Below are positions 59,457 to 64,000 of a DNA stretch of 64,000 nucleotides, in pieces. This DNA is from Candidatus Xenobia bacterium (GTDB lineage Bacteria > Vulcanimicrobiota > Xenobia > Xenobiales > QWHO01), in contig BTUM01000003.1 of assembly GCA_045863235.1 (NCBI GenBank), positions 152,861 to 216,860 of the forward strand. Reading direction: 5' to 3'. Every line of letters begins with the position of its first letter. Within the stretch, counting starts at the first letter, position 1. Both the position numbers and the translations under genes were made by a program. Under the pieces are notes generated by a model, which was given only the letters and a program-made list of their open reading frames with translations, had not been told where the DNA came from and did not search any database.

Positions 59457-60753
59457 GCTGTTGATGGAGGATCACTGCGAGGCCTACGTGTTCTGGAAAG
59501 AACGCGGGGTGCGGGGGCGTACCTGCCTGCATGTGGATGCCCACCTCGACGTGAGCGAGGCCGGCCTGGATTGCGGCACTCTGAGCGCACTGGCTCACGC
59601 CTGCAGCGCCGCCGAGCTCGAGCCTCACCGGGTCTCCAACTACCTGCCCTGGGGCGGCTTTCACTGCGGCAACTACCTCTACCCGGCCCTGCGCGAGGGG
59701 CTGGTCGACCGCTTGATCTGGGTGGTACCGCCCTTCATGCCGGGGAAAGACCCGGTGGAGTGGGCTCGGGGCGAGTTGCAGAACTGGGTGGACCTCAAGC
59801 AGGGCGAGTTTCGCGCCCTGCGACTCGAGCAAGGCCGGGTGGAAGGGGTGCTGGTGGAGCGCCCCCTCACCCTGTGTACGGCCGACAACCTGCCCGAGTT
59901 GTCCGAGCCGGTGCTGCTGGACGTGGACGTGGACTACTTGCTGGATCCGGACGACCGACTCTGGCAGTCGCCTTGGGAGCTGGCAGAGTCGCTGGCGGGG
60001 GTTCAGCGCGACCTGACCACGGTCGCCTACTCGGTGAATGGCGGCTATACGCCCCTCGAGCATCGCTGGCTGGGCCCGGCCACGCTGGAGGCTCTGACCG
60101 GGAGGGGCAGGCCGGAGTGGGTGGCGGCCCGGATGGGACGGGGACCGATCCCCGCGGGAGAGCCGCCGGCGTGGTACTCTGAGACGGTGGAGGAGCGGGC
60201 CATCAACCGCGGCTGCCTGCACTTTCGCCGGCAGGAGTATGCTGAGGCCCGGCGCTGGTTCGAGCAGGCCCTCCCCGAGGACGGGCCGCTGGCCGCCTAC
60301 CTTTTGGCCCTGACCGACAGCCGCTCGGGACGCCGTGAGGAGGCCGTGGATGCCTTTGAGGAGCTGGCCCAGGACCGCCGTTTGAGCCCCCGCGAGCGAG
60401 GCTACGTGCAGTTCTTGATGGCCCGCGACCTGCACCGGGAGGGTCGCCATCCGGAGGCGGCCGCTGCCTTCGAGAAAGCCGCCGCGGCCGAGCCCGACAA
60501 CCCCGTCTACCTGCACCACCAGGGCCTCTGTCTGATCGACGGGGGCTGGGTCGAGCAAGGCACGCGCACCCTGCGTCGAGCCATTCGGCTGGGGCCCGAC
60601 CGCCTGGCCGCCCTGGAGTTGCACTACGAGCTCTTTCGGCTCTATCGTCAACTGGGCCAGACCGCTTTTGCCCAGGCCGAGTTGCGGGCGCTCAGCCAGA
60701 AGGATGTGACCGGCCTTTATCACCTCAAGGCCATGGCTCAAAGCGGGCGATGA
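59443..60753 (+). CDS. UPF0489 (arginase-like) domain + TPR protein
   Basis: [30 protein letters not shown]-terminal TPRs. Confidence 0.78.
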   Translation: MSDSELLMEDHCEAYVFWKERGVRGRTCLHVDAHLDVSEAGLDCGTLSALAHACSAAELEPHRVSNYLPWGGFHCGNYLYPALREGLVDRLIWVVPPFMPGKDPVEWARGELQNWVDLKQGEFRALRLEQGRVEGVLVERPLTLCTADNLPELSEPVLLDVDVDYLLDPDDRLWQSPWELAESLAGVQRDLTTVAYSVNGGYTPLEHRWLGPATLEALTGRGRPEWVAARMGRGPIPAGEPPAWYSETVEERAINRGCLHFRRQEYAEARRWFEQALPEDGPLAAYLLALTDSRSGRREEAVDAFEELAQDRRLSPRERGYVQFLMARDLHREGRHPEAAAAFEKAAAAEPDNPVYLHHQGLCLIDGGWVEQGTRTLRRAIRLGPDRLAALELHYELFRLYRQLGQTAFAQAELRALSQKDVTGLYHLKAMAQSGR

Positions 60754-61298
60754 TCAAGGTGCGCCCGGCCTCCTGCTCGGAGGACTACTCCTGGCTGATC
60801 GCGCTGGCGGTGGACTCGGTGCTCTTCGGGGTACCCTCCAGCCGGCCGGCCTCCCAGGTGCAGGAGAGGGCCCGGCACAGCCTGGCCAATCTGGAAGCGA
60901 CCTGCTCGGACGGCTCGGTGGTGGCCCTGATCGCCTGGGAGGGCGAGCGCCGGGTGGGCTACCTGATCTTGCAGCTCGAGGAACGGGATCGCTTCACGGG
61001 GACCGCTCAGAGCTTCATCTACGACCTGGCCGTGGAGCGCGACCGGTGGGGAGCCCACGTGGTGCATCGCCTGGTGGAGCAGGCCGCGCGCGAGACGGCC
61101 CGGCGCGGCCATCGATTCATGGTGGGCGAGGTCACCTTCGACAACGAGCGCACCCTGGTACAGGCCCGCCGTCTCGGCTTCGTGGTCGAGCGCGTTCGGC
61201 TGGGCATCGGTTGTGGACCGGAGGGAAGGATCCCCCTGCAGCGCCAATCCGACACCGCCTATACCGCCAGCCGCCAAAAGAAAACCCGGCCCATCTGA
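60750..61298 (+). CDS. GNAT family acetyltransferase
   Basis: FIYDLAV..W..V..LV..A, N.RT...RRLGF. Confidence 0.75.
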   Translation: MIKVRPASCSEDYSWLIALAVDSVLFGVPSSRPASQVQERARHSLANLEATCSDGSVVALIAWEGERRVGYLILQLEERDRFTGTAQSFIYDLAVERDRWGAHVVHRLVEQAARETARRGHRFMVGEVTFDNERTLVQARRLGFVVERVRLGIGCGPEGRIPLQRQSDTAYTASRQKKTRPI

Positions 61299-61307
61299 GA
61301 GCCGGGT
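61276..61307 (-). terminator. Intrinsic terminator of tRNA-Pro
   Basis: ACCCGGC/GCCGGGT stem plus TTTTCTTTT on the minus strand. Confidence 0.75.
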
Positions 61308-61312
61308 GGAGA

Positions 61313-61389
61313 TGGTCGGGGCGAGAGGATTTGAACCTCCGGCCTCATCGTCCCGAACGATGCGCGCTGCCAGGCTGCGCTACGCCCCG
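61313..61389 (-). tRNA. tRNA-Pro(CGG)
   Basis: CGGGGCG acceptor; CATCG-ttCGGga-CGATG; encoded CCA. Confidence 0.95.
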
Positions 61390-61401
61390 ATAACGAGGAT
61401 G

Positions 61402-61429
61402 ATTATAGCATAACCCTCGTTTGTGTCAA
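61402..61429 (-). promoter_or_regulatory. Consensus sigma70 promoter of tRNA-Pro
   Basis: TTGACA-N16-TATAAT with extended -10 TG. Confidence 0.88.
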
Positions 61430-61535
61430 AGGGAAAAATCCATGGTTCTGGCCAGCTGATTCCCCGCGATGGAGGATTCAGCGATTCCTCAGCCAGCCCC
61501 GAAAGGAGTGTAAAACCCGGCAAAGCGCGAGCACA

Positions 61536-63341
61536 TTAGATCCCATCGAAAACGACTTTTCCTCCCTCGATCATCCAGGTCTCGGTGATGGTCGCCCCGA
61601 GTCCCTTCTGACCTGCGGTCGTGGCAGGGATGGTGCTGGTGGACTTCCCGGTCGGCTCGATGGTAACGCGTTTGCCCTGGGTGGTCATGGGGAAGTTGGC
61701 CGTGCCCTCAAACTTAAGGCCCGTGAACACCTCCTGATTTCCAAGCAAGGCTGAGAAATCGGCGAGCGCGGTCACCTGGAGCTGGTTTTGGGCTAGCGTG
61801 GCCCGACCGCTGGGCGTGCCCTGCTTCCTCAGGGTTTCCGTGCCCGAGATCTTGCTGCTGAGGATCTCGGTGCGAGTGCCGGAGAAGTCCGTATTGACCG
61901 CCTTGAACTTCTTAACCTCGAATCCCCCCGCAGGCTTGCGTGCGAGGGTTAGCTCGCACTCGTAGGTCAACTCAAGGTGACCCTGAATGCGGTCCTCTCC
62001 AAACTGGTGCTTGCCAAACAAGATGTCTTCATCCCGCACGATCTTGAGCCGGAACTTCTTTCCGCAGGCGGGGTCGAAGGTCGGGTTCTTCCGGATGAAG
62101 TCCTTGAGCAGGTCCTTCAAGGCAAGATTTGGATTGGCCTGGGCTTCCTTGGCCAGGGCGTTGGCGACCATCGGGGTTCCGAAGGAGGTGCCGCTGGCGA
62201 TGTTGGGGCAATCTGCCGGGGTTCCCGCCGGCCTGGGAATAGGCACGTCGCGACCCGGAGCGCGTATGAAGTTCGGATCGTTGGGGCGCGAAAAGTTCTG
62301 TCCGTTGTCCTCCCGACACTCGCCGGGCCTACCGCTGCTCCCGACCACGACGATGTGCTCCATGGCCTCGGGATACTTCTTGCGCAGCTCGTCCAGGGCG
62401 CGGGTCAGGTCGACCCCGACCTCGCCCCTGTCGGCGACCCCGTTGCCGGCGGACACCACCAGCAGCACGTTGTCCAGCGCGCCCTTCTCGCTGAAGGACT
62501 GCAGGAGGCTGGCATAGGTGGTGAGAGTTGCGACCTGGTTGGCGAGTTGTCCCTGAGGCGTGTCCGTCGCGAGGCCTCCGATCGAGCTCGAGATCACGAT
62601 AGGACCCTGGCTCTCAAAGCGAGCCGCGTTGGCGACGGAGTTGGCCAACAGCGCGTTGCCCGCGGCGACACTGACGTCGCTGAAAGTAAGAAAGAGATTT
62701 CCGAGAACATCCCAGGCCGATGGCAAGCCGTTCGAGGTCACGCCGATTCTCTCGGTCTGGCCGGAAAACTTGTCAAAGGCGATCCGGGAGGTCATGTCTC
62801 CGTGGGTGCACGGCTGGCCGGCCTTGGAGAAAATGTCCACCGTGGCCATCCGAACCGGTCCTGTCCCGGCCGCCTGGACGTCCTCCGGGTTGACGGGTCC
62901 GCAGTATTCTTCGATTCTTGCCTGGATAGCCCCGACCGGAGGGGCGGAGACGGCGACGAGGGGAGTAACGCTCAGCACTTCGGGAGCGTTTGCAGTGGCT
63001 GCGATGAAGGCTCCCTCCTGTCGAGGCGGGACCTGAATGAGAAAGATCCCCGTATCCGGGACGAAGTCTGCCAGAGTGCCCCCGTTGGCCTCGGCCAGGG
63101 TCGCAATGGCAGCATCGCTCACCCCCGCGTGGGCCTGCAGATAGACGTAGCCGGCAAAGGCGGAGACAGTCACGTCCTCGCCCAGCAGGTTCCGGTAGGA
63201 GACCGGGCCCAACTCGAGGAGTTGAGCGGGCGGCGGCTGTATGGGATTGAGCGGTGTCGCCGGCGGGGTAAACGAGCCACCACCGCAAGCTGTAGCCAGG
63301 AGAGCGACTGTCAGGATGAGGAGGTAGGCGGAGTATCGCAT
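61536..63341 (-). CDS. S8 subtilase lipoprotein with unknown C-terminal domain
   Basis: Lipobox ATA|C; TVD, HG, SAGNG, SGTSFGTPMVA. Confidence 0.82.
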   Translation of the reverse strand: MRYSAYLLILTVALLATACGGGSFTPPATPLNPIQPPPAQLLELGPVSYRNLLGEDVTVSAFAGYVYLQAHAGVSDAAIATLAEANGGTLADFVPDTGIFLIQVPPRQEGAFIAATANAPEVLSVTPLVAVSAPPVGAIQARIEEYCGPVNPEDVQAAGTGPVRMATVDIFSKAGQPCTHGDMTSRIAFDKFSGQTERIGVTSNGLPSAWDVLGNLFLTFSDVSVAAGNALLANSVANAARFESQGPIVISSSIGGLATDTPQGQLANQVATLTTYASLLQSFSEKGALDNVLLVVSAGNGVADRGEVGVDLTRALDELRKKYPEAMEHIVVVGSSGRPGECREDNGQNFSRPNDPNFIRAPGRDVPIPRPAGTPADCPNIASGTSFGTPMVANALAKEAQANPNLALKDLLKDFIRKNPTFDPACGKKFRLKIVRDEDILFGKHQFGEDRIQGHLELTYECELTLARKPAGGFEVKKFKAVNTDFSGTRTEILSSKISGTETLRKQGTPSGRATLAQNQLQVTALADFSALLGNQEVFTGLKFEGTANFPMTTQGKRVTIEPTGKSTSTIPATTAGQKGLGATITETWMIEGGKVVFDGI

Positions 63342-63515
63342 ACGGGGCCTACGTTCTCGGATGATTCTTCAATGACCTCTTAGGACCCCTGAGCACATAT
63401 GCGTCCTGCTTCAGAGGCAACCTACAATACGTCCCTGTTGAGAGTCGCCTCGAATCTTGGCCTCGTTTGTGAGCAGGTTCCTCCAAACGGGTGGACTACG
63501 CCACCACTGAGATAT

Positions 63516-63615
63516 GTTGGGTGCAGTGCGAGTCGCCCACTAAGGCGCCGCGCGTTGAACACTTCAGGAATTGGCGCGGCGCCGTTCAACAGATTGTCTA
63601 CACAATCTGTTGGGC
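63516..63615 (+). repeat. attC-like element, copy C
   Basis: GTTGGGT..hairpin..GTTCAAC-AGATTGT-ctac-ACAATCT-GTTGGGC. Confidence 0.85.
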
Positions 63616-63920
63616 GCAGGATGATGGAACGAGCGCGCCGGGGCGGATATCAAACCTGTTATTTACGTACAGCAGGATTCTTCGGATGCCCACGCCGCGA
63701 AAGCGGTTTTTCAACAGGCCGGCGACACGAAGCGGGATGTGGATTCTGCCCTGCCCGCCTGAGAAGAAGTCTGATATTCTTCATTTTTTTGCACCAGACA
63801 TGTCCTCTGTCTGAAACGAGCAACGAAGCATTGGGCGAAGAGAATCAAATTCAACACAGGAAATGCCCCCCCCCGCATAGCGAATACCTCAATCCAAGGC
63901 CACCACTCGGGGAGGGGCCC

Positions 63921-64000
63921 ATTCTCACCTGCCGCCGCGGGGTCACACTGGCGACCGTTCTCGCTCTTGGAGCACTTCTTGCCGTCCTCACGATGGCCGT
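63921..64000 (+). CDS. Start of a PilX-like prepilin-type gene (runs off window)
   Basis: ILTCRRG|VTLATVLALGALLAVLTMA after GGAGG; start codon unclear. Confidence 0.5.
   Translation, partial: MLTCRRGVTLATVLALGALLAVLTMA

Noticed and set aside
10817..63615. A complete integron
   Set aside because: No integrase or attI in the window; the sites are truncated and dispersed, so they are reported only as attC-like

Overview
GC-rich bacterial chromosomal window. The gene mix (many RRG-F/L prepilin-like genes, REC-BTAD regulator, cmk-DUF512-der-plsY, Kdp) suggests Eremiobacterota/Vulcanimicrobiota; this is inference only. Core blocks: nadD-rsfS-aconitase; a complete kdp(Z)FABCDE operon; M16 pair-cmk-DUF512-der-plsY-pilT/U-gatC-gatA; a Ser/Thr kinase-GAF/PilC-pseudopilin operon; tRNA-Gln, tRNA-Glu and tRNA-Pro; ppk2; and an acyl-CoA dehydrogenase-methyltransferase-creatininase-DmpA-UPF0489-GNAT run. 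Accessory content: three VapC toxin-antitoxin modules, a decaying 5-kb island, a P450/hydrolase fusion next to a CarF/PEDS1-like desaturase, a (GNA)17 harpin-like protein and a subtilase. The main unexplained signals are: (1) two paralogous ~190-bp orphan structured elements (44691-44876, 51341-51528) with compensatory base changes and an apparent own promoter and terminator; (2) attC-like hairpin elements at or near the 5' end of prepilin-like genes at three separate loci; (3) two TA-headed insertions flanked by reciprocally decayed, synonymously diverged duplications of host gene junctions. No CRISPR array, integrase, transposase or reverse transcriptase is seen.
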